Of a stretch of 24,040 nt of DNA, positions 1 through 8,078 are shown piece after piece; within the stretch, counting starts at the first letter, position 1, and every line of letters starts with the position of its first letter. The DNA is from a virus (lineage: Duplodnaviria; Caudoviricetes), in the IMG/VR virus record IMGVR_UViG_3300020410_000062, positions 1 to 24,040 of that record; one strand, 5' to 3'. A model generated the notes under the pieces. The model did no database searches. It saw nothing but the letters and a program-made list of their open reading frames with translations, and was not told where the DNA came from. The position numbers and the translations under genes were made by a program.

Positions 1-78
1 AAGGAAACTGGTAGGCTTTCTGAGGTTGAGTATTCTGATGTTGAATTTGAAAATTCGGATGAGATGGCTTTTGAATGA
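1..78 (+). CDS. 3' end of T7 gp4-like primase/helicase (partial)
   Basis: Frame 1 reads KETGRLSEVEYSDVEFENSDEMAFE*. This resembles the KETG-x-L motif and acidic tail at the T7 gp4 C-terminus. Its TGA (76-78) overlaps the polymerase ATG (ATGA). Confidence 0.7.
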   Translation, partial: KETGRLSEVEYSDVEFENSDEMAFE

Positions 79-1829
79 AACTTTTATTTGACATTGAAAC
101 AGATGGTCTAGATGCTTCTGTAATATGGTGTCTAGTAATTCAAGATGTTGATACAAATCAAGTATGGGAGTATTCACCAAATGAAATAGAAGATGGTGTT
201 AAGCTGCTATCCAAGGCAGAAGTGTTGGCAGGTCATAATATAATTGGCTTTGACATTCCTGTCTTGGAGAAACTTACATCATTTAAACTAGGTTCTCAGA
301 GAATTATAGATACTCTTGTTCTTTCGAGATTGTTCAATCCTGTAAGGGAAGGTGGTCATAGTCTAGGTATGTGGGGTCAACGTCTTGGCCTAGCTAAGAT
401 AGAGTTTGATCAGTTTGAACGGTACTCTAAAGAGATGATGGAGTATTGTAAGCGGGATGTAGATTTAAATGTTAAGGTGTACCATGCTCTCAGAAAGGAG
501 AGTGCTGGGTTTGATCCTAAGTCTATTGAAATTGAGAATGAATCTGCACGCATCCTGAAAGATCAGGAAGCTTACGGGTTTTACTTCGATGAGTTTAAAG
601 CAGAGATGTTACTGGCGTTGATGCGTGAGAAGATGTCGGCAACTCAGCAAGAGGTTGAGAAAGTCTTTAAACCTAAGATTGATGAGAGGTATATTTATCG
701 TAAAGATAATAAATCAGGTAGCTTAGCTAAGACTGGTAGCTGGGATAATCCTAAAGGTAAAGGTGTTAGACTAACTCCTGATGAGTACGAGAAGTTTGTA
801 CAGATGCCGGGACTATTCAGCTTAACCAGAAAGACTATGGTTCCTTTTAATATAGCATCACGTAAACAGGTAGGTGAATATCTACAGGAGTTTGGTTGGA
901 AGCCTAAGCAGTTTACGGAGAACGGTAGACCTGTAGTAAATGAAAAGACCCTCTCTCAAATTGAGAACATTCCTCAAGCAGATCTGATTAAAGACTTCTT
1001 GATGTATCAAAAACGTGAAGCTCAGATTAAATCTTGGCTGAAGGTTCTTGGTGATGATAATCGTGTACATGGTTTTGTTGTACCTAACGGAACCATTACA
1101 GGACGGATGACCCATAGAGACCCTAACATGGCACAGGTTCCTAATCTGGCTTCACCTTATGGTAAGGAGTGTAGAGAGTGTTGGACAGTACCTACCGGAT
1201 ATAAGTTGGTAGGTATTGATGCCAGTCAGCTTGAACTTAGAATGCTTGCTCATTACATGAACGATGAGGAGTACACAAATGAAATTATTAACGGAGACAT
1301 ACACACCGCTAATCAAAAACTTGCAGGACTTGAATCAAGAAATCAGGCTAAGACTTTCATCTATGCCCTCCTATACGGAGCAGGAGATGAGAAGCTTGGG
1401 ACCGTGGTTGGAGGAAGTGCAAAAGATGGTGCGGGACTTAGACAATCATTCTTCGATAATCTACCATCATTTAGGGATCTTAAGAGAAGAGTATCAACAG
1501 CGTCTGAAAAAGGATTCCTTAAAGGTTTAGATGGCCGTAAGATATTTGTCAGGTCTGAGCATTCAGCACTTAATACGCTTCTACAAGGTGCTGGAGCTAT
1601 AGTTATGAAGCAAGCTCTTTTACTCTTTGAGGAGAGTATCAGCAATTTAAAAGCCAGGATAGTAGCTAATGTTCACGATGAGTGGCAGGTAGAAGTACAT
1701 GAGGACTTTGCTGACTTGGTTGGTGAGCTAGGTGTTGAAGCAATTATAGATGCTGGAGAAGTTTTAGAACTTAAATGTCCACTAGATGGAGAGTATAATG
1801 TCGGAGACAATTGGGCTGAAACCCACTGA
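75..1829 (+). CDS. polA: Family A DNA polymerase, T7 gp5-like, with 3'-5' exonuclease domain
   Basis: ExoI DIETDGL, ExoII GHNIIGFD, ExoIII YCKRDV, TGRMTH..PNMAQVP, motif A DASQLELR, motif B RNQAKTFIYALLYG, motif C VHDE. No 5'-3' exonuclease domain. Confidence 0.97.
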   Translation: MKLLFDIETDGLDASVIWCLVIQDVDTNQVWEYSPNEIEDGVKLLSKAEVLAGHNIIGFDIPVLEKLTSFKLGSQRIIDTLVLSRLFNPVREGGHSLGMWGQRLGLAKIEFDQFERYSKEMMEYCKRDVDLNVKVYHALRKESAGFDPKSIEIENESARILKDQEAYGFYFDEFKAEMLLALMREKMSATQQEVEKVFKPKIDERYIYRKDNKSGSLAKTGSWDNPKGKGVRLTPDEYEKFVQMPGLFSLTRKTMVPFNIASRKQVGEYLQEFGWKPKQFTENGRPVVNEKTLSQIENIPQADLIKDFLMYQKREAQIKSWLKVLGDDNRVHGFVVPNGTITGRMTHRDPNMAQVPNLASPYGKECRECWTVPTGYKLVGIDASQLELRMLAHYMNDEEYTNEIINGDIHTANQKLAGLESRNQAKTFIYALLYGAGDEKLGTVVGGSAKDGAGLRQSFFDNLPSFRDLKRRVSTASEKGFLKGLDGRKIFVRSEHSALNTLLQGAGAIVMKQALLLFEESISNLKARIVANVHDEWQVEVHEDFADLVGELGVEAIIDAGEVLELKCPLDGEYNVGDNWAETH

Positions 1830-2160
1830 TGATGTATACTTAAAAAGTATATCCTGTGAGCCGGATGAGTATGGGGGATTCTATGCTACATTTGATGACG
1901 GTTTAGATATTCAGTATGAACCACGTAAAAAAATTTTTAATCCTAAGAAAAGAACACTTTGGATACATGCTGATCCAGATAAAGTAGATATTGCTTTCTT
2001 TCACAATAAGTTTGAACTCGGCTATAACACTGAAAATGAAACAGGAGTTTGGTTGTCTGTACATGATGAAGAACTTTATTATCATAAAGATGTTATTTCA
2101 GAAATAACTTCAGAATTAGAATATCCTTGGAAAAAAGAGTCAGATACAAATGGAATCTAA
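1798..2160 (+). CDS. Hypothetical acidic protein
   Basis: Open frame from 1786. ATG 1798 has GGAG (1788-1791) 6 nt upstream and is the preferred start. Overlaps the polymerase 3' end. No recognisable motif. Confidence 0.65.
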   Translation: MSETIGLKPTDDVYLKSISCEPDEYGGFYATFDDGLDIQYEPRKKIFNPKKRTLWIHADPDKVDIAFFHNKFELGYNTENETGVWLSVHDEELYYHKDVISEITSELEYPWKKESDTNGI

Positions 2161-2458
2161 AACAGAATATAGCTGGAAGTTTGACAGGATAAACTCTAAA
2201 GGAGAAACTATATTTAAACATTCTACTAATCAAACATTAGAAGATGTGTCTGAATATTTAGATTCTAATAATATTGAGTATGAAGTTAAGGCTGGCGCAC
2301 AAATGCTCTGGGTATATAGCAATAGCGGTAAAAAATATTCTTATTATTACACTACAGGTAGATGGTCTTCATATGGAATGCATTTCAAAAAACATTACCG
2401 TTCTAAAAACATAGAAGATTTTTGCTCTAGGTTTTTAAATAATAGGGAGGAAAAATGA
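2150..2458 (+). CDS. Hypothetical protein
   Basis: 102-aa ORF overlapping both neighbours, with an aromatic-rich segment (YSYYYTTGRW). Very AT-rich. Confidence 0.7.
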   Translation: MESKTEYSWKFDRINSKGETIFKHSTNQTLEDVSEYLDSNNIEYEVKAGAQMLWVYSNSGKKYSYYYTTGRWSSYGMHFKKHYRSKNIEDFCSRFLNNREEK

Positions 2459-2865
2459 AACTCGTAAACATTCAACCAGATGAATCCCCCAGCCTTTGTA
2501 AAGGTTTGGATAGAAAAACAAGGTATGAGCTTATTGAGAAGAATCCTCAGAGTAGAGATTATCGCTTAACTATGCTGAGACATGCTAAGGATAGGGCACG
2601 CCGTCGTAATATCTTTTTTGATCTTACATTAGACGATATTAAACTTGGTACGCATTGTCCTATTCTAAACATTAAGTTTGAAGTAGGTAGAGATAGTTGG
2701 AAGAACTCTCCCTCTCTTGATAGAATTGATAATAGTAGAGGATACGAATCAGATAATGTTATTGTTGTTTGTATGATGGCTAACTCTATTAAGAATCAAG
2801 CAACTCCAGAACAGATTAGAAAGGTTGCAGATTTTTATAGTGAACTAAAAAATAATGGATCTTAG
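2455..2865 (+). CDS. HNH-like (His-Me finger) endonuclease
   Basis: CPIL...SPSLDRIDNSRGY..DNV.VVC..AN..KN is the typical phage 'SLDRID' HNH variant. GGGAGG RBS upstream and ATGA overlap. Confidence 0.8.
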   Translation: MKLVNIQPDESPSLCKGLDRKTRYELIEKNPQSRDYRLTMLRHAKDRARRRNIFFDLTLDDIKLGTHCPILNIKFEVGRDSWKNSPSLDRIDNSRGYESDNVIVVCMMANSIKNQATPEQIRKVADFYSELKNNGS

Positions 2866-3697
2866 TACATTAATAGATGACATTTATTCTGCACTATCAC
2901 CACTAGAGATAGGTGAGGATCTAAATTTATCTGATGATGTCATAGAAGAGTTTGGGGAAAAGATCAAGGATGCTGTTAGGTCTTGGTCTTCTCCCCACAA
3001 ACAAACTTCTGGTCTTAGAATGAGTAACATAGGAAGGCCAGCTAGACAATTATGGTTTGAGTCTAGGAGTGAAGATAAGAAAACTTTCTCTGCTCCTACA
3101 CTTATTAAATTTCTATACGGGCACGTCTTAGAAGAACTTGTAGTACTTCTTGTAAAACTTTCTGGACACTCTATAACTGATCAGCAGAAAGAAGTTTCTG
3201 TAGATGGTATCATCGGACATATTGATTGTAAGATTGATGGAGAAGTAGTCGATATTAAAACTGCAAGTAACTTTGCCTTCAAAAAGTTCAGAGAAGGTAC
3301 GTTACAAAATGATGATCCTTTCGGATACATGGCACAGTTAGCTGGGTACGAGGCTGCTGAAGGAACTTCTGATGGTGGCTTCTTGGCTATAAACAAAGAG
3401 TCAGGAGAGCTTACTTTGTATAGGCCAGGACCATTTAGTAAACCTAATATAACTGCTAGAATTTCTAGCATAAAAGATTACTTAAAGGTTGATGAGCTTC
3501 CTCCTAGATGTTATCCTGACGTACCTGAAGGTAAGAGTGGTAACAGGCGTCTTGGAACCAGTTGTAGTTACTGTCCTTATAAGTATGACTGCTGGTCTGA
3601 TGCTAATCACGGTAACGGTCTTATTGCTTATAAGTATGCTTCAGGAATTAAATACTTTACAAGAATTGTTAAGGAACCCCAGGTGCCTAGACTTTGA
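2855..3697 (+). CDS. Cas4-like PD-(D/E)XK exonuclease
   Basis: GHVLEE, GHIDCKIDGEVVDIKTAS (D...DxK), QLAGY (QxxxY) and a C-terminal CSYCPYKYDC cysteine cluster. Confidence 0.88.
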   Translation: MDLSTLIDDIYSALSPLEIGEDLNLSDDVIEEFGEKIKDAVRSWSSPHKQTSGLRMSNIGRPARQLWFESRSEDKKTFSAPTLIKFLYGHVLEELVVLLVKLSGHSITDQQKEVSVDGIIGHIDCKIDGEVVDIKTASNFAFKKFREGTLQNDDPFGYMAQLAGYEAAEGTSDGGFLAINKESGELTLYRPGPFSKPNITARISSIKDYLKVDELPPRCYPDVPEGKSGNRRLGTSCSYCPYKYDCWSDANHGNGLIAYKYASGIKYFTRIVKEPQVPRL

Positions 3698-3966
3698 ACA
3701 ATAAGAAACTAAAAGAAATTAACAGACACTCTGAATTTCTTTTTAAAGAGTGGGTCAAGACTCTGTTACCTGAAGAAGAAGCTTTAAAGGTTGATGATGC
3801 TGACTATCGTGATCTTGTTCCTGAAGAATACCATGCTCTTGTAGAAGGAACTCTAAGACTTTCTCCTAATTCTCCTAGATGGATTAAAAAGAAATTAAAA
3901 TCTATTATTAAAAATAATCCTTCAGTGGATATAAAATCTTTTACGTTGGAAGATCTAAATGCCTGA
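3694..3966 (+). CDS. Hypothetical protein
   Basis: 90-aa ORF whose TTG start overlaps the upstream TGA (TTGA), indicating translational coupling. Confidence 0.7.
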   Translation: MNNKKLKEINRHSEFLFKEWVKTLLPEEEALKVDDADYRDLVPEEYHALVEGTLRLSPNSPRWIKKKLKSIIKNNPSVDIKSFTLEDLNA

Positions 3967-4117
3967 AGATGCTAGTTCAATGACAGTAGATCATTTTATA
4001 GTGATGCTTGCTAATAAGATAATGATTCTGAACACAGAACTAGATTATGATGATCTTATTATTCTTAAAGAATTTTTAGATAGGAGGCTGACATCGCTAC
4101 AAGAAAAACTACATTAA
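3959..4117 (+). CDS. Small hypothetical protein (52 aa; not in ORF track)
   Basis: MPEDASSMTVDHFIVMLANKIMILNTELDYDDLIILKEFLDRRLTSLQEKLH*. Fills the gap and overlaps the upstream gene by 8 nt. Confidence 0.65.
   Translation: MPEDASSMTVDHFIVMLANKIMILNTELDYDDLIILKEFLDRRLTSLQEKLH
4082..4087 (+). promoter_or_regulatory. Shine-Dalgarno sequence AGGAGG
   Basis: Perfect AGGAGG 5 nt before an ATC (4093) that is in frame with the endonuclease I-like ORF. Confidence 0.55.
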
Positions 4118-4593
4118 GAAAAGCTAGAAAGAAGCGTCCTAAAAGATTTAATACTACATATGATTCTATGTGGGAAGCTATTCTACATGAGTCAATACTA
4201 AAAGATTGGGATCATCACGTAAATAAAATATCGTATGTTATAGAGCATACCTACGAGCCAGACTTTGTTAGAAAGATTGGTAGGAAAACAATCTTACTTG
4301 AATCTAAAGGCAGATTCTGGGATCATGCTGAGTACACTAAATACATCTGGGTTAAGAAAAATCTTCCTAAGAATACTGAACTTGTGTTTTTGTTTGCTAA
4401 TCCTTCTGCACCTATGCCGGGATCTAAAGTTAGGAAAGATGGTACAAAGAGATCTCACGCTGAGTGGGCAGGAGCTAATGGTTTTAGGTGGTATAGTGAA
4501 GAATCTATGCCTACCAAGTGGATAGATTGCTCTGCCAGAGAGACAGAAGATTTCAAGAAACGTAATGATAAAATAAATTTGGAGATGGAATGA
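4093..4593 (+). CDS. T7 endonuclease I-like Holliday junction resolvase (first ATG at 4168; proposed ATC start at 4093)
   Basis: YDSMWE (analogous to T7 gp3 RSGLE), YEPDF, LESKGRF (PD...ExK), LVFLF, and ..WA..NGF.W. The frame is open from 4084. Confidence 0.85.
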   Translation: MATRKTTLRKARKKRPKRFNTTYDSMWEAILHESILKDWDHHVNKISYVIEHTYEPDFVRKIGRKTILLESKGRFWDHAEYTKYIWVKKNLPKNTELVFLFANPSAPMPGSKVRKDGTKRSHAEWAGANGFRWYSEESMPTKWIDCSARETEDFKKRNDKINLEME

Positions 4594-4895
4594 GCATTAA
4601 TAATATTAAACCTGGAGAATGGGATTCATTAAAAAACGATTACGGTAAAGCCCCCTTACATCATAATTATGATATGGTTAACAAGCCTCCCCACTATAAT
4701 AAGGGTGATATAGAATGTATTGACGGTATCAAAGCAATGCTTTCTAAAGAAGAGTATATTGGATACCTTCGCGGGAACTCTCTGAAGTACCGTTGGAGGT
4801 ATCCATATAAAAATGGCGTAGAGGATTTAAATAAGGCTGAGTGGTACGAAAAAAAGTTATTGGAGCTTTACAGTGAAGAAGAAATTAGATCGTAA
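4590..4895 (+). CDS. DUF3310 / T7 gp1.7-like putative nucleotide kinase
   Basis: DMVNKPPHY..GDIECID...GYLRGN.LKY.WRY..KNG.EDL.KA.WY signature. Confidence 0.88.
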   Translation: MSINNIKPGEWDSLKNDYGKAPLHHNYDMVNKPPHYNKGDIECIDGIKAMLSKEEYIGYLRGNSLKYRWRYPYKNGVEDLNKAEWYEKKLLELYSEEEIRS

Positions 4896-5031
4896 AGAGG
4901 AGCGCCGAGAACGATACAATCGTAAGCAGTTTAAGGGTAAACCTTTAAAAGCTCAGAAAAATTTTAAGCGTTTAAAGACTCAACAAATTCAAGAATTAGA
5001 GGCTCAAGAAGATATGAAGGATGCAGACTAA
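4873..5031 (+). CDS. Small basic hypothetical protein (52 aa; not in ORF track)
   Basis: GTG start with GGAG at 4862-4865. MKKKLDRKEERRERYNRKQFKGKPLKAQKNFKRLKTQQIQELEAQEDMKDAD*. Its TAA overlaps the RNR ATG (TAATG). Confidence 0.65.
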   Translation: MKKKLDRKEERRERYNRKQFKGKPLKAQKNFKRLKTQQIQELEAQEDMKDAD

Positions 5032-6905
5032 TGGATCAATACCAACACTATATCCATAAAAGCAGATACGCACGTTATTTAGATGACGAGAAGCGTCGAG
5101 AAACTTGGAAAGAAACTGTAGAAAGATATATTAATTTCTTTAAAGAAAGGAATCCTGATCAGTTTGAAATTGATTGGGATGATCTTTATGCTTCTATACA
5201 TAGTCACGATATTATGCCTTCTATGCGCTGCATGATGACGGCAGGGGATGCTCTTGATCGTGACAATGTAGCAGGATATAACTGTTCTTATCTTCCTATT
5301 GACAATCCTCGCTCCTTCGATGAGCTAATGTATATCCTCCTAAATGGTACAGGAGTCGGCTTTAGCGTAGAAAGAGACTACGTTACTCAGCTACCAGTAG
5401 TTGCTGATAGCTTTCATGTAACAGAATCAACTATTGTTGTGTCTGATAGTAAGATTGGATGGGCCTCTGCATTCAGAGAGCTTATTAGCCTTCTGTACGC
5501 TGGAAAAGTACCTAAGTGCGATTTAACTAGAGTACGTCCAGCAGGAGCCAGGCTAAAGACTTTTGGTGGTCGTGCCTCAGGACCAGAGCCTTTGGCAGAC
5601 TTGTTCAATTTCACAGTAGATCTATTTAAAGGCGCTGCTGGTAGGAAGCTTACGTCTCTTGAATGCCATGATCTTGTATGTAAGATAGCTGACATTGTTG
5701 TAGTAGGAGGAGTACGTAGGTCTGCTTTGATTAGCTTGAGCAATGTCACAGACAACCGTATGTCTAATGCTAAGAATGGTGAGTGGTATTTGACTAACGG
5801 TCAGCGAGCCTTGGCTAATAACAGTGCTGTTTATTCTGAAAAGCCAGACTTTGATACTTACGTAGGTGAGATGAAGCGTCTCTATGAAAGTAAATCAGGA
5901 GAGCGTGGTATCTTTAGCCGTGTGGCAGCTAAGAATGTGGCTGCTAGAAATGGTAGAAGAGATACGGATCACAAGTTTGGTACTAATCCTTGCTCTGAAA
6001 TCATTCTCAGGCCGTATCAGTTCTGCAATCTTTCAGAAGTTGTAGTAAGATCTACAGATACGAAGCAGACTCTAAGGGTTAAAGTGCAGCGTGCTACAGT
6101 TCTAGGAACTTTACAGGCTACCTTGACAGATTTTAGATACCTTCGTAACATCTGGAAGCGTAATACTGAAGAGGAGGCTTTGCTTGGGGTCTCTCTGACA
6201 GGTATTATGGATTGTCCTATTACCAACGGCAGTGCAGGAGAAGTAGCTACCGCTAGATTCTTATCTGAGTTGCGGGAGATTGCTGTAGAAACTAATAAAA
6301 TTATGGCTAAAGAACTTGGTATTAATCAATCTACTGCTGTAACTTGCGTTAAGCCGTCTGGTACTGTATCTCAGTTAACTGACAGTGCTTCTGGTATCCA
6401 TCCCAGGTTTAGTGACTACTATATCAGGACTGTACGTGCAGATAAGAAAGATCCTTTAGCTACAGCTATGATCTCTTTTGGATTTCCCCATGAAGAAGAC
6501 GTAATGAATAATTCTAACTGGGTATTCTCGTTTCCTCAGAAGTCTCCTGAAGGTTCTCTGACTGTAGATAGTCTTAGTTCTTTAGAACAGCTTAAACTCT
6601 GGAAGATCTATCAAGACAATTGGTGCGAGCATAAACCTTCAATGACATGTTACTATAATGATGATTCATTCTTTGCAGTATGTCAGTGGATATGGGAAAA
6701 CTTTGATAGCGTTAGCGGTATTAGCTTTCTTCCAGAGTCAGAGCATGTATATAAGCAGGCTCCCTATCAGAAGATAAGCCTTGAAGATTATAAAATACTA
6801 AATGATAAAATGCCCTTAGCTATGGACTGGGACTTAGAAGAAGATGATGACAATACAGAAGGTATGCAGACGCTTGCTTGTGTATCAGGAGTGTGTGAAC
6901 TATGA
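5031..6905 (+). CDS. nrdJ: Class II adenosylcobalamin-dependent ribonucleotide reductase (RTPR-like)
   Basis: PSMR, YNCSY, GTGVGFS, VVVGGVRRSALI, TNPCSEI, CNLSEV, VKPSGTVSQL and a C-terminal CVSGVC redox pair. No ATP cone and no beta-subunit gene adjacent. Confidence 0.92.
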   Translation: MDQYQHYIHKSRYARYLDDEKRRETWKETVERYINFFKERNPDQFEIDWDDLYASIHSHDIMPSMRCMMTAGDALDRDNVAGYNCSYLPIDNPRSFDELMYILLNGTGVGFSVERDYVTQLPVVADSFHVTESTIVVSDSKIGWASAFRELISLLYAGKVPKCDLTRVRPAGARLKTFGGRASGPEPLADLFNFTVDLFKGAAGRKLTSLECHDLVCKIADIVVVGGVRRSALISLSNVTDNRMSNAKNGEWYLTNGQRALANNSAVYSEKPDFDTYVGEMKRLYESKSGERGIFSRVAAKNVAARNGRRDTDHKFGTNPCSEIILRPYQFCNLSEVVVRSTDTKQTLRVKVQRATVLGTLQATLTDFRYLRNIWKRNTEEEALLGVSLTGIMDCPITNGSAGEVATARFLSELREIAVETNKIMAKELGINQSTAVTCVKPSGTVSQLTDSASGIHPRFSDYYIRTVRADKKDPLATAMISFGFPHEEDVMNNSNWVFSFPQKSPEGSLTVDSLSSLEQLKLWKIYQDNWCEHKPSMTCYYNDDSFFAVCQWIWENFDSVSGISFLPESEHVYKQAPYQKISLEDYKILNDKMPLAMDWDLEEDDDNTEGMQTLACVSGVCEL

Positions 6906-7039
6906 TTAAGAAAATTGTAGAATATGTTGAAAACATTTTCATGGATCTTTACATGGGATATGTTACAGAACATGAACAGTTAGCTTTGATTGGTTTATTT
7001 CTTTTTATTCTAGGTGTAATGGTATTTATTCTTGCTTAG
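6902..7039 (+). CDS. Small predicted membrane protein (45 aa; not in ORF track)
   Basis: MIKKIVEYVENIFMDLYMGYVTEHEQLALIGLFLFILGVMVFILA*. ATGA overlap with nrdJ, a C-terminal 19-residue hydrophobic run, and overlap with the thyX start. Confidence 0.65.
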   Translation: MIKKIVEYVENIFMDLYMGYVTEHEQLALIGLFLFILGVMVFILA

Positions 7040-7679
7040 AGTTAAACTAATAGATTTCATGGGCAGCGATAAAACCGTTGTTAATGCTGCTCGTGTTTCT
7101 TTTAATAAAGAAATTTCAAAGATGCGTAAATCTGATGAAGGTTTGATAACTTACTTGGCTGAACACAAACACTGGACTCCTTTCGGACATGCTCAACTAC
7201 AGTTCAGGATCTCAGCACCTGTGTTTATTGCTAGACAGTTAGGCAAGCATCAGGTAGGATTGGTTTGGAACGAAGTTAGTAGAAGATACGTAGACTCTGA
7301 TGTCTCTTTCTATACCCCTCCGGTATGGCGGAAGAGAGCAGAGAACAAGAAACAAGGCTCATCTGATGATATAATTGTATACGATGACATTCTTTTTTCT
7401 AGTTACACAAAGCTTTTAAAAGCTTCAGAACTGTTATATGATACACTCCTTGAGAAAGGAGGAGCGCCGGAACAAGCTAGAATGGTTCTGCCTCAGAGTA
7501 TGATGACAGAATGGATTTGGACAGGATCTCTTGCGGCTTTTGCCAGGATAGTAAAACTTAGAGATCACGATGATGCCCAGAAAGAGTGTCAGGAAATTGC
7601 TCAGCTTATTAGTAGTGAGATAGCTGAGACAGAAGATTTTAAAATATCTTGGAAAGTTTTAACTGAGGAGAATAACTGA
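7032..7679 (+). CDS. thyX: Flavin-dependent thymidylate synthase
   Basis: MGSDKTVVNAARVSF, HKHWTPF, ARQLGKHQ...WNEVSRRY, PEQARMVLP, AQKECQ. TTG start (in-frame stop at 7017-7019). Confidence 0.95.
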   Translation: MLRVKLIDFMGSDKTVVNAARVSFNKEISKMRKSDEGLITYLAEHKHWTPFGHAQLQFRISAPVFIARQLGKHQVGLVWNEVSRRYVDSDVSFYTPPVWRKRAENKKQGSSDDIIVYDDILFSSYTKLLKASELLYDTLLEKGGAPEQARMVLPQSMMTEWIWTGSLAAFARIVKLRDHDDAQKECQEIAQLISSEIAETEDFKISWKVLTEENN

Positions 7680-7882
7680 TGGACTACTTAGTAGCTCTTA
7701 AAATGACTTACGAAGCAGAGATAGCTACAGCTACTGCTAACTTAGAAAACTACCTATACAACTCTGTAGGTGTTGCAGAACATCCTGATATTATAAAATC
7801 TATGGATGCTATGATTGAAAAGATAGCTGCTGCAAAAGAAAAGATTCTAGTGGTAGAAGAAAAACTTGATGAACGAAGCTAA
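7679..7882 (+). CDS. Hypothetical helical-hairpin protein
   Basis: 67 aa, GAGGAG RBS, TGATG overlap. Two predicted helices joined by SVGVAEHPDI, a pattern I recognise from small marine phage proteins. Confidence 0.75.
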   Translation: MDYLVALKMTYEAEIATATANLENYLYNSVGVAEHPDIIKSMDAMIEKIAAAKEKILVVEEKLDERS

Positions 7883-8078
7883 TATTATATCTTTTAAAAT
7901 CTTTATAGATCCATCTGGAAACTTGATGAGTGAGTACTCAAAGTTTCCTAAAGAAGAAGTAGATAAGGTCTTCTACAAAGAAGATGTTGTATCTATAAAA
8001 AAGATTCTAAGAGAACTTGAGCCTAAGCTTGAGAACTTACACAAGTTTATAGAAGATGAATTAAACGCTCTTAGCTAA
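7869..8078 (+). CDS. Hypothetical protein, last gene of the + arm
   Basis: ATG at 7869 (TTG at 7866 also possible). Overlaps the upstream gene. Confidence 0.7.
   Translation: MNEANIISFKIFIDPSGNLMSEYSKFPKEEVDKVFYKEDVVSIKKILRELEPKLENLHKFIEDELNALS

Noticed and set aside
100-400. Apparent abundance of CTAG, which is often depleted in bacteria
   Set aside because: About five copies here, but I cannot compute a window-wide expectation, and Leu-CTA codon usage may explain it. It needs a Markov-corrected tetranucleotide count.
882-1645. Alternative ORFs inside polA (882-1115 -, 1264-1530 +, 1361-1645 -)
   Set aside because: Fully nested in a well-supported gene, with no motifs. Typical shadow frames.
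2855-3697. CRISPR-Cas system suggested by the Cas4-like gene
   Set aside because: No repeat-spacer array or other cas gene. Solo Cas4-like nucleases are common in phage replication modules.
75-6905. Intron or intein in polA or nrdJ; stop-codon reassignment
   Set aside because: Both genes are continuous and compact with motifs at normal spacing. The standard code gives near-complete coding density.
3181-6973. Nested ORFs at 3181-3471, 3489-3704, 4265-4525, 5414-5755, 6017-6226 and 6788-6973
   Set aside because: Antisense or off-frame shadows of the exonuclease, resolvase and nrdJ, with no independent support.
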